From NCBI RefSeq assembly GCF_001194135.2, contig NC_068988.1, forward strand, positions 68,956,210 through 69,020,209: DNA of 64,000 nucleotides, read 5' to 3'. This document shows, piece by piece, positions 13,290-25,525 of this stretch. Made by a program: the position numbers and the translations under genes. The notes under the pieces are model-generated. The model saw only the letters and a program-made list of their open reading frames with translations. It had not been told where the DNA came from and did no database searches. Origin of the DNA: Octopus bimaculoides (lineage: Eukaryota). Position 1 is the first letter of the stretch; every line of letters starts with the position of its first letter.

Positions 13290-13835
13290 CAGTTTCGATG
13301 ATCTTTGTAGGGCCTTGGAGATTGATGACGCTGATATACTATTAACGTTCCAAACAAACTGCTACAGGTCAATACAAGCAGAAAAATACATGAATAAAGA
13401 GAAGATTCCAAAGGGTTGATGTTTTCGCAAGAAAGGGATGGATATAGAGGCAAGAGCTGGGCTGGTGGAGTTGGATACAACAAGGGTGGTAAATGGTGCA
13501 AAGATAAACAAGTTGAAAGTACCTGAGAGAAGAAGACATAAGGTCAACCAGCTCCATTATTGTTGTGATAGAAAAGACAGTAAAGATAGCATGGCTGGCG
13601 GATTAAGGTAAGAGCATGGTTTTGAGTCTAAGGTTGGTGCATGTCTGATAGTGGTTTAATGACAATCAGTCAAGTAGTCCTCCTCTGGATGTGGTTCAGA
13701 ATGTCTGTTAGTGAAGCAACTGCAGCAGAATTATTTCTGACATGGGAACAGAACTCCAGTGTTTGATTCACTTGTGTCTTGAAGAGCGTCAGTAAATGTT
13801 TGGGGATGAAATTTCTTCTGGCCTTCAAGAAAAGG
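13290..13835 (-). mobile_element. Decayed CR1/Jockey-group LINE 3' end
   Basis: Minus reads SFLAKTSTLWNLL..VF...Y, like the SF.PRT..LWNSLP..VFP..Y terminus of CR1-type ORF2. Confidence 0.5.
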
Positions 13836-14976
13836 ATTAATCATTGGGATAAAAACCTAGTCATATATACATACATACATACATACATACATACAAGCAT
13901 CAATGCATGTATGTGTGTATATATGTAATTATATGTGTGTGGGTATGTGTTTGTGCATCTACAAAAGTTGTGATGTTCAGCCAGTGTTTCTGTTGTCAGT
14001 TCTCTCAACAAATCATTCCCTGACTTCATATCCTCAAAACCATTTGGAATAAAAGATCCCTTACCTAAAGAACAGATATGGGTTACTGTCATGAAGAGCA
14101 TATGGTTGTAAACCAATTTCTCAATAACATATTCTTCAAACTCATGCAAGAATGGAAAAATGTATGGAAAACTAAGAAATGGAGGGAATAAGAGAATTAC
14201 GCCATGAAAGTATTCTGTCTACTAAATATGAATGCAGTTCCTTCATTATGATATACATAACCAGTGGGAGTTAACAATACAAAGACAACAGATGCACAAA
14301 GATGATAGTGGGTTTTTCTTCAATTCATTTACAGCCTTAAACCAGAAAAAATATTTGAATAATTCAAATGTAAATTTTTCTTCCATATTTGTTGTTGCCT
14401 TAACTTGTTGCAGAATAAAGTAAATTATTAGTAATGAGAAAAGCTTTTTGAGCAGCATTCAGACATACCTCAGAGCTGGAAGAAGTTTCCATGTATAAAT
14501 TTGCTTATTTTCATATGTCCTTCAATTCTATTTTCACTGGAGACTGGATAATATAGATATTTTATTTCATTATGTCGTAAGAAGTTTATTTCTCAACCAC
14601 ATGGTTCCAGGGTCAGCCTCATTGTGCAACACCTTAGGCAGGTGTCTTCTGCTGTAATCCTGGGCTGACCAACAACTTTTACATATGGTGCTAATACAGC
14701 TTACCTTCATTTTTTCCAGTGAAAGAAACTTTTGTATATCCTGAATTGTCTATCACCGAGAGATAATGTTCATACTTTAGACCAGCAGATTATTGCATAT
14801 TTATTCTGGGAAATATCATGCAATCTTTTTTAAAAATCAGAGAAGCTATGCCTATATTTTACAGATAACTTCCATCACTTTACCATCCTAATTTTAAAAC
14901 TATATTCAATGAAATAGAATTTGCTTGAGAGAGGGAATATAGTCAGTAAATATATATACAAACACACACATATATA

Positions 14977-15400
14977 CGAGGTGCATTAAAAAGGTATCTG
15001 ACTTTTATTTTTTCCCTGCAAAACTAATGCTGCATGAGCAAAATCCTTTGCATGGGAGGTGATGCCACCCGTCCTGCACATGCGTGAAAATGTTCGTGTT
15101 GGTAGGCTATTCAGTTCCTGGTTGTTATGCCTAGAGTACAGACATGTAGTGTGCACTCGTTAGACTTTTATTTTCATGCAAGATGACCGAACACAACAAG
15201 CAGAGACTATAAACTCATGTCTCATTGTCAGTCCAGCATGTACTGAGTGATTTCCATGCAGATTTTCTCACATGGAAATCACTCAGGACGTGCTAGACTG
15301 GACTGTCCAAACCATGACACAGGCTTTATGAAGACCATCATCAATGGTAATGAGACATGGGTTTATGGTCTCTGCTCGATGTATTCAGTCATCTTGCCAG
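14977..15400 (+). mobile_element. Mariner 5' relic with internal deletion
   Basis: TA followed by a TIR-like cgaggtgcattaaaaaggtatc; FMKTIINGNETWVYG corresponds to the first-D motif ITGDETWVYG. Confidence 0.75.
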
Positions 15401-16093
15401 AAAACAAAAGTCCACTAAATTTCCACAGCTATAGATAGGCATTTTCTGAAGTCAAGCAAATAACATAGAATTTTTAACCTACACACTTTTAGATTAGCTT
15501 TCTCCACCAGCAAAATCTTTTCACAAATTATAGTGGCACTTAACAATAGGAGACTATCTGAATTCCAGAACAAAATAGACCAATGTAAAGTAGGTAATAG
15601 AAATAATAGTAGTAATAATACACATAATGATAATACTCATAAAGCGGAAAAGGTAGATAGCTAACAAAGTGAGATTTTGAATAAAACACCTATAGTCAAC
15701 TACAGGGCAACACATACCAGAAGGAAGGCGGATGAGGGAAGGGAGACAGCCATTACATTTCATAACATAGCTGGTCCAGAAAAAGTAAACACTAGATGAA
15801 ATAAGAAGAAAAATAACATAGAAATTCGTGATTATTGCTGAAATGGTAACATTAGTAGATATGCAGAAAGGGAATCAGAGGAGTCATCTAATTCTGGACC
15901 CAATAGCACAGCCTAGGGTTGATATCAATAAAAAGTCCTTGTAGCTATGGTGGAAACTGAACCTGTCCGTTAAACAGTTAATATTTTTATTGGTTTGCTG
16001 TGTTTGTACATGAAAGCGAAGGCTTTGTAGGACCGAAAGATACTGTCATTTCTGTATAGTCAATCCTACCCAAAACTGTCATATTGATATTTC

Positions 16094-16514
16094 GGCGTAG
16101 GAGCAGCTGTGTAGTAAGTAGCTTGCTTATGAACCACATGGTTCCGGGTTCTGTCCCACTGCATGGCACCTTCGGCAAGTGTCTTCTACTATAGTCTTGG
16201 GCCGACCAAAGTCTTGGGCCGACCAAAGTCTTGTGAGTGGATTTGGTAGATGGAAACTGAAAGAAACCCGTCGTATATATGTATATATATATATTTATAT
16301 ATATGTATGTGTGTTTGTGTGTCTGTGTTTGTCCCCCCAACATCGCTTGACAACCGATGCTGGTGTGTTTACGTCCCCGTAACTTAGCGGTTCGGCAAGA
16401 GAGACGGATAGAATAAGTACTAGGCTTATCCTGGGGTTGATATGCTCGACTAAAGGTGGTGCTCCAGCATGGACACAGTCAAATGACTGAAACAAGTAAA
16501 AGAGTAAAAGAGTA
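16094..16514 (+). mobile_element. SINE family A with internal 17-bp tandem duplication
   Basis: Complete head to (gtaaaaga)n tail; gtcttgggccgaccaaa occurs twice (16194-16227). Confidence 0.9.
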
Positions 16515-17465
16515 ATGGATAAATATTCAAAAAAGAAAGATATTAGAGATGAGGCTAAGTCCAGAGGCAAACAACCATCAACCTCTATTATCAAAAAGAG
16601 AAACATTAATCAACAATATTGTGATAATTATTTGAAATTTGGATTTTATTGGTCTGTTGACGTTCACAAACCAAGTCAACCATGTGTAGTGTGCGATGAA
16701 ACAATGTCGAATGATTCCATGGTACCAAGTAAGTTAGAAACACATTTTAATTCAAAACATTCATCTCTGAAAGATAAAATGCTTGATTACTTTCAAAGAC
16801 TGTTAGAGCAGAAATCAAAACAGCAAAGTTATTTTGCGAAAATAATGACCATGTCTGAACAAGCCCAGCAAGTGTCAAATCAGGAAGCTGAAATGATAGC
16901 ATTAACATCTAAATCCCACATGCTTGCTGAGTCAGTCATCCACCGAGCTTGCAAAAAGATGGTAAAATCCATGTTTGGTGAATAGACTGAGAAGGAATTG
17001 AACAATATCTCATTTTCAAATGATACAATATGTAGAAGAATATTGAAAATTATAGAAGAAAATGTTCAGAAAAAGCTTAAGAATTCTAACTTTGCTTTAA
17101 CCATGGATGAATCCACTGACATCAGTAATAAAAGTCAATTGCTTGAATTTGTACATTTTATTGACAAGAATGAAATAATCAATCATTTTTTTGTGCTGTA
17201 AAGAAATGTCCACAACTACAAGAGGTCAGGATATTTTTGATTTGATAACTGGCTACCTCAAAGAAATGAATTTGTCTTGGAGGTCCTGTGTTGGCATTTG
17301 CACCAACGGAGCCCCATGCATGACAGGCTGTATTAAAGGATTTGTATCCAAATCTCATTCATACTCATTGCTTTCTACCTTGAGAAGTTCTTGTTTCAAA
17401 AATATCGCAGGAAGATTTAAAGGTTGTGTTACATCAAGTTGTCGGAATGGTCAATTATATAAACT
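16515..17465 (+). pseudogene. Buster-type hAT transposase relic (ZBED5/ZBED8/SCAND3-like)
   Basis: BED finger YLKFGF..PCVVC..M.PSKLETHFNSKH, S.SNDTI.RRI, FALTMDESTDIS, GICTNGAPCMTG; in-frame TAG at 16983, frameshifts near 17195 and 17355, 3' truncated. Confidence 0.9.
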
Positions 17466-17467
17466 TG

Positions 17468-18060
17468 AAAAGCACTTGGAGAGCGCAGACCTCCACCAAA
17501 CCAGTCAGAGCAGCACTACGATGACGACGACGATGACCACCACCACTACCACCATACCGCAATCACCACCATCACAACCACCAACATCATCAGCAGCATT
17601 GTCATTGCTTCCACTTCAACCACACACACTGCCATCAACATTATCATGATGGTTTTCTTGACAGTCATTTTCACCACCACAACCAGTATAACCACTACAA
17701 TACCATCCTCACACAACTAACACTATCATCAACACCACTATCACCACCATCACCTCAGTATCACACATCACACTGCTCCTGTCACCATTATAACCACCGA
17801 TACTATTTTATCCTCCTCCCATACTTATCTCGACCATCATCATCATCAACATTATCTCTGCTTTCATCACAACCACCGTCAAAACTACGATCACCACAAT
17901 CAGTTTCTTTACACAGTTGAAAATCCATTATCTGATACTCATTGGACCGAGATTGTTGCAGATTTTTGATTTTTCTAATTTTGGAGTGATTTATTAAAAA
18001 AAAAATTGCCTCTACAAAACGGAACAGTTTGAGGTTAAAAACCAAGTCTAAACACAATAG
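17468..18060 (+). mobile_element. Probable Helentron-associated non-autonomous element with internal (CAC/CAT)n low complexity
   Basis: Starts AAAGCACTTGGAGAGCGCAGACCTCCACCAA, resembling the 5' end and subterminal repeat of DINE-1/HINE-type elements (recalled); 3' terminus not confidently found. Confidence 0.5.
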
Positions 18061-18469
18061 CTTATAGACATACTCTGAATGTAGTTCTATATAAATCTTT
18101 AATAATTTTTTTTTATATTTAAGACCACCAGAAATGTTAAGATATCAGCCTCTACCCAAGTTGTCATGCTTTGATTAAAAGGTTACAGCATAGATTAGAT
18201 TACTTAGATAAGTTTCGACCGAAGTTGACTCAGGCCATGTCTAATTTAATAGAACTACCTGGAAGAGATACACAGTCAGCTCTGGGGAACTGTAGCCCAT
18301 TCAAGCAGAGGGTAATTGTTTTCAGAGACATATCTGGGTGTGGGTGATTTATCTGGTATTTGTTGGGATAATATTGTTCACCTTTGGTACCATCAGTGGT
18401 GAGAAGCTGCAGAGAATACTGAACGAACAAGAGACAGTGACGAAAACAAACATGACAAAATGTGAACAT

Positions 18470-19475
18470 ACAAAATGCAAATGATCTACTGGTTTGTAAG
18501 ACCAACTTCAGGAAACTTGAAAGCCATCTGATCACTCATCAATATTTAGTGGGCACCCTAGCCAAATTGACTACATTCTCACTAGAAACAGAGAAAGGCA
18601 GATGCTTGTGAATGCAAAGTTCTTCCCTGATGTAGAATGTAGGTTAGTGGTTAGTGACTTCAGACTTAGGCTAGAAGGACCCAGAGACACAAAGTGATCA
18701 GGAAAAAGAGATTATGGAAGCTCAAAGATCCTTCAAATAGGCTGAGATTTAGAGATGTTCTTAATGAAGCATTTGACAAGAAAGATGAAGGGACAGAGAC
18801 ATACAACAGAGGACAACTTCTTACAGGATAATCTACTGAGGGCAACAAACTAAACTGGTGTTTGGCACAAAGCTTCTGTCAGACCAATAACACAGTGGTG
18901 GAACAGTGAGGTTGAAAGGGCTACAAAAGAGATGGGTTTGGACAGATTGGAGAAATTGAGGTAGCAAAGTATCATATCAAATAGCAAAAAGAGAATCTAG
19001 GAGTCATGTTTATCTAGCTTGGGCAGAAGCATAAAGGGGGAGGTTTGCCAATGTATTATGGCATGAAGATCAGAGATTTGGGATGTTCCAAATTGCTTGA
19101 CAGTGTGTCAGAGAATCGAGATATTGTGGAAGAGAAGTGCATATGGATGGATAACAGTATGTTTGCACTTAGTGATTCTGAAAAGAAAGAGGTGTGAAAG
19201 ACCTACTATGAAAGGCTGTTGAATGTGAAGAATGAACTGGAAAAAAGGGAGTGAAGCCAATGGAGGGACCAGCTATCCTAGTTGACAGCAGTATGCCATA
19301 AAGTTTACATACACATGGGAAATCTCAAATGTGCCAGAGGCTTTCTAGAGGGAATGGATAATTTTTGTTGTCTAAGTGATCTAATTAGCAGTGGAAGAGG
19401 ATGTACTGAAAGTATAATGGCTAGAATAAGAATAGATGTAGAAAGTTCAGAGTGCTGAACCTCTGTTGGCAACCA

Positions 19476-19566
<91 letters not shown>

Positions 19567-19835
19567 CTGAGTGAAAGAAGGTTGTATAAATCTATGTGTA
19601 CAAATAGCAATGCAATAATGTAATGAAACATCGTCCTTGAATGGAGAGAATATGTGAAATCTAGAGTGGAATGAAGCTCTACTGGATGTGCAATGTCAGT
19701 TTTTGAATGTTGGCACTTGGAAAGGACATCCAGCCATAAAAAAACCTGCCAAAGTTGACACCAGAGCTTGACGCAGCCCTGTGGTTAGTTGGATCCTTTC
19801 AAACTGTCCAACCCATTCCAGCATGGAAAACAAAT
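18470..19835 (+). mobile_element. Decayed RTE LINE (APE end, linker, RT C-terminus, tail) interrupted by (CT)n/(CTAT)n
   Basis: ANDLLVCKTNFRK..HLIT, QIDYIL, YERLLNV.NE, W.CNVS and a 3' tail; most of RT absent. Confidence 0.8.
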
Positions 19836-20805
19836 CTTAGGTGGTGGTTGGTGGTATATAAGTTATTATTTTGATATTGATCAATATCATTTGTTTGTAA
19901 ACTAAATTTTTATTAAATTTCATTAAAGTACACTTTATACAGAACCCACAATATTTTCTCAAGATCTTGGAGTTCCTTGGAACTTATTTTGAGATACACT
20001 ATCCCAGGCTACAAACCAAAATAATTCCATTTCTATTGACCTGAATTTAATGATGACAAGCAGTTTTTCCTTTGCATTATAAATATATTTGACTGAGTCT
20101 TCTTGGCAGTATTTTGATTACTTACAGAATATTCAAATGTTTACTTTACATTACATCTTAGCACACCCTTGATAAAAGCAAATTTATTTATTGCTTGTTT
20201 CTTTCAGCCATTTTATTATAACAATTTCTTGTATTCTGCGTTCCAGCAAATGTAGGATTTGTTAAATGTCTTTCCTGGTTCCTACATGTCTTTGGCTACA
20301 GATGTCAATGTCACAGTTGACATCTCCAGTTTCCTTTATGTCCAAATGTTGTTGGTGCAAGCAGATTTATTGAATTAGAAAGGCGGTCATTTTATTGAGT
20401 TTTATCCACCTTGAGACTTCTCACAGTATTTCAGTGTCCTGAAAAGTTCTCGTATTGTCAAACTAGCATTTTCAACATTGAAACATTTCATTTCAATATT
20501 TCAAGAGAGACTCTTAAGTTGGCACTTTAGAATTTTCTATCTGTAAGAGGAATGATCCTTCATCCTGGTGAAATTATTGTCATCATGGGGCTTTGCTCTA
20601 AATTTTCATGATATTTTAATACAAAGCAAAGTTTTCGGGGTTTTTTTTAATGGAATCCTCTACATGGTATGATAAGGGATCTTATGTAAGTATCTCTCTG
20701 TTATGCAACTAAAACACTACCACTATTTCTTATTACCTTTCACACCCTCCTTTCATAACTCACACATCAAACTGCCTTTTCTACCAACTATTACCCTGAA
20801 GCAAT

Positions 20806-20847
20806 AAAAATACGTGTGTGTGTGGGGGTGGGGGTGGGGGGTGCGTG

Positions 20848-20908
<61 letters not shown>

Positions 20909-20929
20909 GAAAGAGAGAAAGAGAGCGAG
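20806..20929. repeat. (GT)n/(GA)n compound microsatellite
   Basis: Direct observation. Confidence 0.95.
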
Positions 20930-21770
20930 AGTAGTTTACTGGCAGCTGAGAGTCTTCCGGTTGTATTGTTACTTGACCATTCTTTCCCCCATGTCAGGTG
21001 ACTTCAATGCATGTCACTAATCTCAGATAGCTTCTACATGGTTATGCAACCTACTAGAAATAAGTCAAATCTCCTTCAAATCACACTCTTCTATGTTAAA
21101 AGGACATATGCAGTTTCACTTTAAAAAAAGGTGGGTAACCATTGGCTAGAATGCCTTCCATCATAACTGTTTGATCAGGGCTAATCAGGGTCTCCTCCTC
21201 CACCACAACCATTACCATAATAACAACAACAACAACAACAACAACAATGGCAGCAATTGCATTATTTTTAAATCACACCCTATCATTGTAAATTAGACAC
21301 TAACGTTTCTCCTGATATTTTTTCTGCTCTCATTGAAATTCACAAAAGCATAATTTGCTATATTTTCACACAACTCCATCTTTATTAAACAACAATAATG
21401 CAAAAAACCTATTACTCTAATTTCTATATTTAGTAGAACACTAAACTATATTTATTGCAATATTTATAACTGTCATTTTTTTCAAATTATACTTGGTGCA
21501 ACTTTATTTTTCTGGTTAGTGTCAATAAAATCAGCAATTTAAATAAAGTAGAGTTCATTCAGTCAATTATATTATTCTGGCAAAACAATTAGTACTTTTG
21601 TAACCTAATTAAGACATGAATGAAGTGATATTAAAATGAATCAACACAAAAAGTAAAAAAGACAGTGACAATTTGAGATTAAACACATTTCTTAACTGTT
21701 TCTTCTTAGACTGCTTCTCACTAGAATTCTCACACCATGCACATTTTCATGTGAACATCAGTAATATTGG

Positions 21771-21943
21771 TTTCAAATTTTGGCACAAGGCCAGCAATTT
21801 TATGGGATGAGGTTAGTTGATTACGAAAGGATGGAAGGCAAAGTCGACATCAGCAGAATTTGAACTCAGAACTTAAAGACAGATGAAATGCCACTAAGCA
21901 TTTTGCTTGGCATGGTAATGATTCTGTCAGACCACCACCTTAA
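21771..21943 (-). mobile_element. CORE-like tRNA SINE (family B) with 17-bp TSD
   Basis: ggaatttgaactcagaa B-box complement; aacatcagtaatattgg (21754-21770) and aacatctgtaatattgg (21944-21960). Confidence 0.8.
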
Positions 21944-22504
21944 AACATCTGTAATATTGGGATTATCAATGTGAGGTGGCCTACAAAGGCCAAGGAATTA
22001 TATCTCCTCCTGTGAATAATTAACACAAGGAATTATTTCTGTTGGGTAAAACTAAAGATTCTTCACTCAGATTGCTTTCCTAATGTTTCTACAAGCCACA
22101 TACTTCAACAATAACAATTATGAGATGAGGGAGCCACTAGCTGGTGGTCTGACTTTCTTGAAATAGAAATTAAATTTCCTTCAAATCACATTTTACCAAC
22201 TCATAGTAGGACATATTAGACAATGCAGTCATAGATACAGTTTTGATAAAAGAAACAAGATGATCACAGCTACAGCACATTAATCATGTCTTTTTGGATC
22301 AGGGGTGATCTGGAGTTAAACAACAACAACATCAGTAATATTAGCAATGCTATCACTAATTATAAGAAAGTTGATATTATGCAAACTGCATTGATATGTC
22401 TCTTGCTTGTTTGCTAAAGTAAGATGACAGAGGACCAAAATATGTAATTCATTGCTGCACTTGAGAAGACCTACCCACCATGATAGAATTCAGATTTTAA
22501 AAAC

Positions 22505-22770
22505 CAAGGTGCCATGTAAAAAGCATGGGTGCTGGTTCCATTTAAAAAGCACTGGTGCTGGTGCCACATGAAAACCACTGGCGATGGTGCCATGTAAAAG
22601 CACCTAGCACACTTTGTGGAGTGGTTGACATTATGAAGGGCATCCAGCCATAAAAACTGAGCTAAAACAGACTAAGGGACCTGGTGTGGCCCCTATCCTT
22701 GACAGCTCCTGCCAAGCCATCCAACCCATGCCAGCATAGAAAACAGAAGTTAAATGTTGAGGATCATGAT
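22505..22770 (+). mobile_element. RTE 3'UTR/tail with ~26-bp tandem units
   Basis: Repeated ggtgccatgtaaaaagcac units followed by the standard tail. Confidence 0.75.
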
Positions 22771-23227
22771 CAGGAAATAGCTGATGCCTTTTATTGTGGT
22801 ACCAGCAAGAGATTCCCCTGTACCTTCTTAGATAGAAGAGGATCTTCATTGCTCCATGTTGTCTCTATTTGTTCAGAAGTAGGAGAGAGAGAGAGAGCAT
22901 TTACAGATGATGTACTAGAAGGAAAGTAAGAATAAAAAATAAGATCAGGAAAGCAAAGTGACTGATTTTATATTGAGGTAGAGAAGAAAGGAATGGGAGA
23001 AACAATGCTAGAGATGGGATAAAATTGAGAAAAATCATTTTCTGTTTTTGCTCTTTCTAGAGCAGTTCCAAGGTGGCAGATTTACCAGATAGAATGCCTC
23101 ACTGTATTTATTCCAGCTTTCAGAAGTCTTAATTAAATCCCACTGAAGTACACTTTAGTTTTTATCATTAAAGGGTTGAGAAATAAACTACAAATGAAGT
23201 ACTTGGAGTGATTCGGCCTTTCCTCTC

Positions 23228-23400
23228 TCATGGACTCTCTTGCTCTCTCTCTCTCTCTCTCTCACTCACACACACACACACACACGCACAACACAACACA
23301 CGCACAACACAACACAACACAACACACCACACCACACCACACCACAACACAACACAACACAACACAACACAACACAACACAACACAACACAACACAACAC

Positions 23401-23435
<35 letters not shown>
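23228..23435. repeat. (CT)n(CA)n(CACAA)n(CA)n compound microsatellite
   Basis: Direct observation. Confidence 0.95.
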
Positions 23436-23440
<5 letters not shown>

Positions 23441-23610
23441 GCAAGCTGGCAGAAACGTTAACACGCTGGGCGAAATGCTTAGCGGTATTTCTTCTGCCTC
23501 TTACATTCTGAGTTCAAATTCCGCCGAGGTCGACTTTGCCTTTCATCCTTTCGAGATCGATAAATTAAGTACCAGTTACGCACTAGGGTCGACATAATCG
23601 ACTTAATCCC
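23436..23610 (+). mobile_element. SINE family B (CORE-like)
   Basis: ggtggcaagctggcagaa...ctgagttcaaattccgccgaggtcgactttgcctttcatcctttcg. Confidence 0.85.
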
Positions 23611-24074
23611 TTTGATATCTTTGGTCATAGATTTTCTCATTCGGGATGGTGCTAAACAACAACAATATTCTCAAACATACCTCATTTTTTGTTGCTTGCC
23701 TCTTCTCCACTGTTTCTCATCTCCAGAATTCAAATTAAACATTTCATAGTTTAGTTCTTTATCCAAGCTCTTGCTCTAATTCTATACTAGATGATTTCCT
23801 GCCAGATTTTGCTTGTTTCATCCCAACATTGTAGTCCAAGAAGACCAAAGAAGCTGGAAGCACACTTTCAAGCTTCCCTGCCTCTTTCAGAGATTAATTA
23901 ACTTATACCCATTATTAATCTAAGACAGAGTCCTTATATAATCCTCATGCAATTTTAAATTTGCGTAACTTTTGATGGAATTTGTGAAAAAATATTAATC
24001 GAAATATTTTTCATTCTTTTGTTTTTTTGATGCTGTTGTTTGAGTAAGAAAGATGCAACAGGCTTTTACATGAA

Positions 24075-24540
24075 GAATTCTTTCATATTCCTGTGCAGGT
24101 GGCACATAAAATACATCGTTGCCAGAGCACTAGCTGTCTGGCTTCTGTGCCGGGGGCACGTAAATAGCACCATTTGAGCATGATCGTTACCAACGTTGCC
24201 TTCTTGGCACTTGTGCCAGTGGCATGTGAAAAGGCATTCGAGCGAGTTTGTTGCCAGTGCTGCTGGACTGGCTCCTGTGCAGGTGACACGTAAAATACAC
24301 CATTTCAAGCGTGGCCATTGCCAGTACCTCCTGACTGGCCTTCGTGCCAGGTGACACGTAAAAGCACCCACTACACACTTGGAGTGGTTGGCGTTAGGAA
24401 GGGCATCCAGCTGTAGAAACATTGCCGGATCAGATTGGAGCCTGGTGTAGCCATCTTGTTCAGCAGTCCTCAGTCAAATCGTCCAACCCATGCTAGCATG
24501 GAAAGCGGACGTTAAATCATGATGATGATGATGATGATGT
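24075..24540 (+). mobile_element. RTE 3'UTR with repeated units and (GAT)n tail
   Basis: Repeated tgcaggtgacacgtaaaa units; aagggcatccagctgtag...gttaaatcat(gat)n. Confidence 0.85.
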
Positions 24541-25459
24541 AGTGCTAATGTTACAAAAATGTTTAATTTGAAGCAGAACAAAGACTTCATTTATAATGAC
24601 ACTGTATATTTGAACTGTTGAGGCAGCTAGCTAATAGCAGAGATGTTCAGAAAATTGTTCTTAAACAAAACTCTTAATTTTCCTTACATTGCAGTATAAA
24701 AGAGGTTTCTATATAAGTAGCCAGCAACATTATTAGTTATTGGCAACAGTTGTCTTTGCAAATATATGAACTGCATTGATTCTTTAACTTTTGGAATAGC
24801 TGATATTGCAAGAGAAAATTAATTTTCTTTTATATATTTTTCATGTGTAATACTATTTTTTGGTTTCTATTCTTTGTGGCTTAATCAAGATAAGAAGAAA
24901 TGCTCCATTTCCTATATGAAGTATTACTAGTATTTTTCTAACATTCTGGATTTAAGCACATTGACGCAACCATACATGTGTCCACGTAAGATGCATGTAT
25001 AACATAGATATATGAATATATAAAGACCTTCATGCACACAATATAATCTTCAGCATCATTTTTATTACTAATAACAGCAACAACATTATAATCCTCAGCA
25101 ATTCTTCTTTGGCGACATGGCTAAGATAATATATATATGCAAATAAAATGAGATTGTAGATAGTTAGAAACACTACTTGACAAAATCACCATCATCTTAT
25201 GCTGAAATTCACAAAGAAAAGAAGCTAAGAGGTTAACTAAGGATGTTTTATTAGCTGCAAAATACATCCCAAGTGAAATGAAATATGATAGTGACCTGGG
25301 GTTAACAGTTAAACAATGTAAAATCTAGCAATTTGGTTACAACATCATACAAAATCTGTTACAATAGGATTCTCATATTTACAACAAATGCACGTCATTT
25401 CCATGAAATTTTCTGATTATGAAATTGAGAAAACTTGTGTGCATGTGCATGTGCATGTG

Positions 25460-25525
<66 letters not shown>

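Noticed and set aside
14705-14740. Short minus-strand candidate exons (also 3156-3245 and 34573-34607)
   Set aside because: AG/GT-bounded short open frames are expected by chance; no recognisable protein when joined.
16515-17649. Intact domesticated ZBED gene
   Set aside because: In-frame stop, frameshifts, deletions and 3' truncation.
22505-22610. CRISPR-like regularly spaced repeats (also 24075-24370 and 30791-30935)
   Set aside because: Eukaryotic retroelement UTR tandem units with no unique spacers and no cas genes.
23208-23597. HT/CV/YI-rich ORFs here and at 20816, 28643, 48653 and 52835
   Set aside because: Microsatellite translations.
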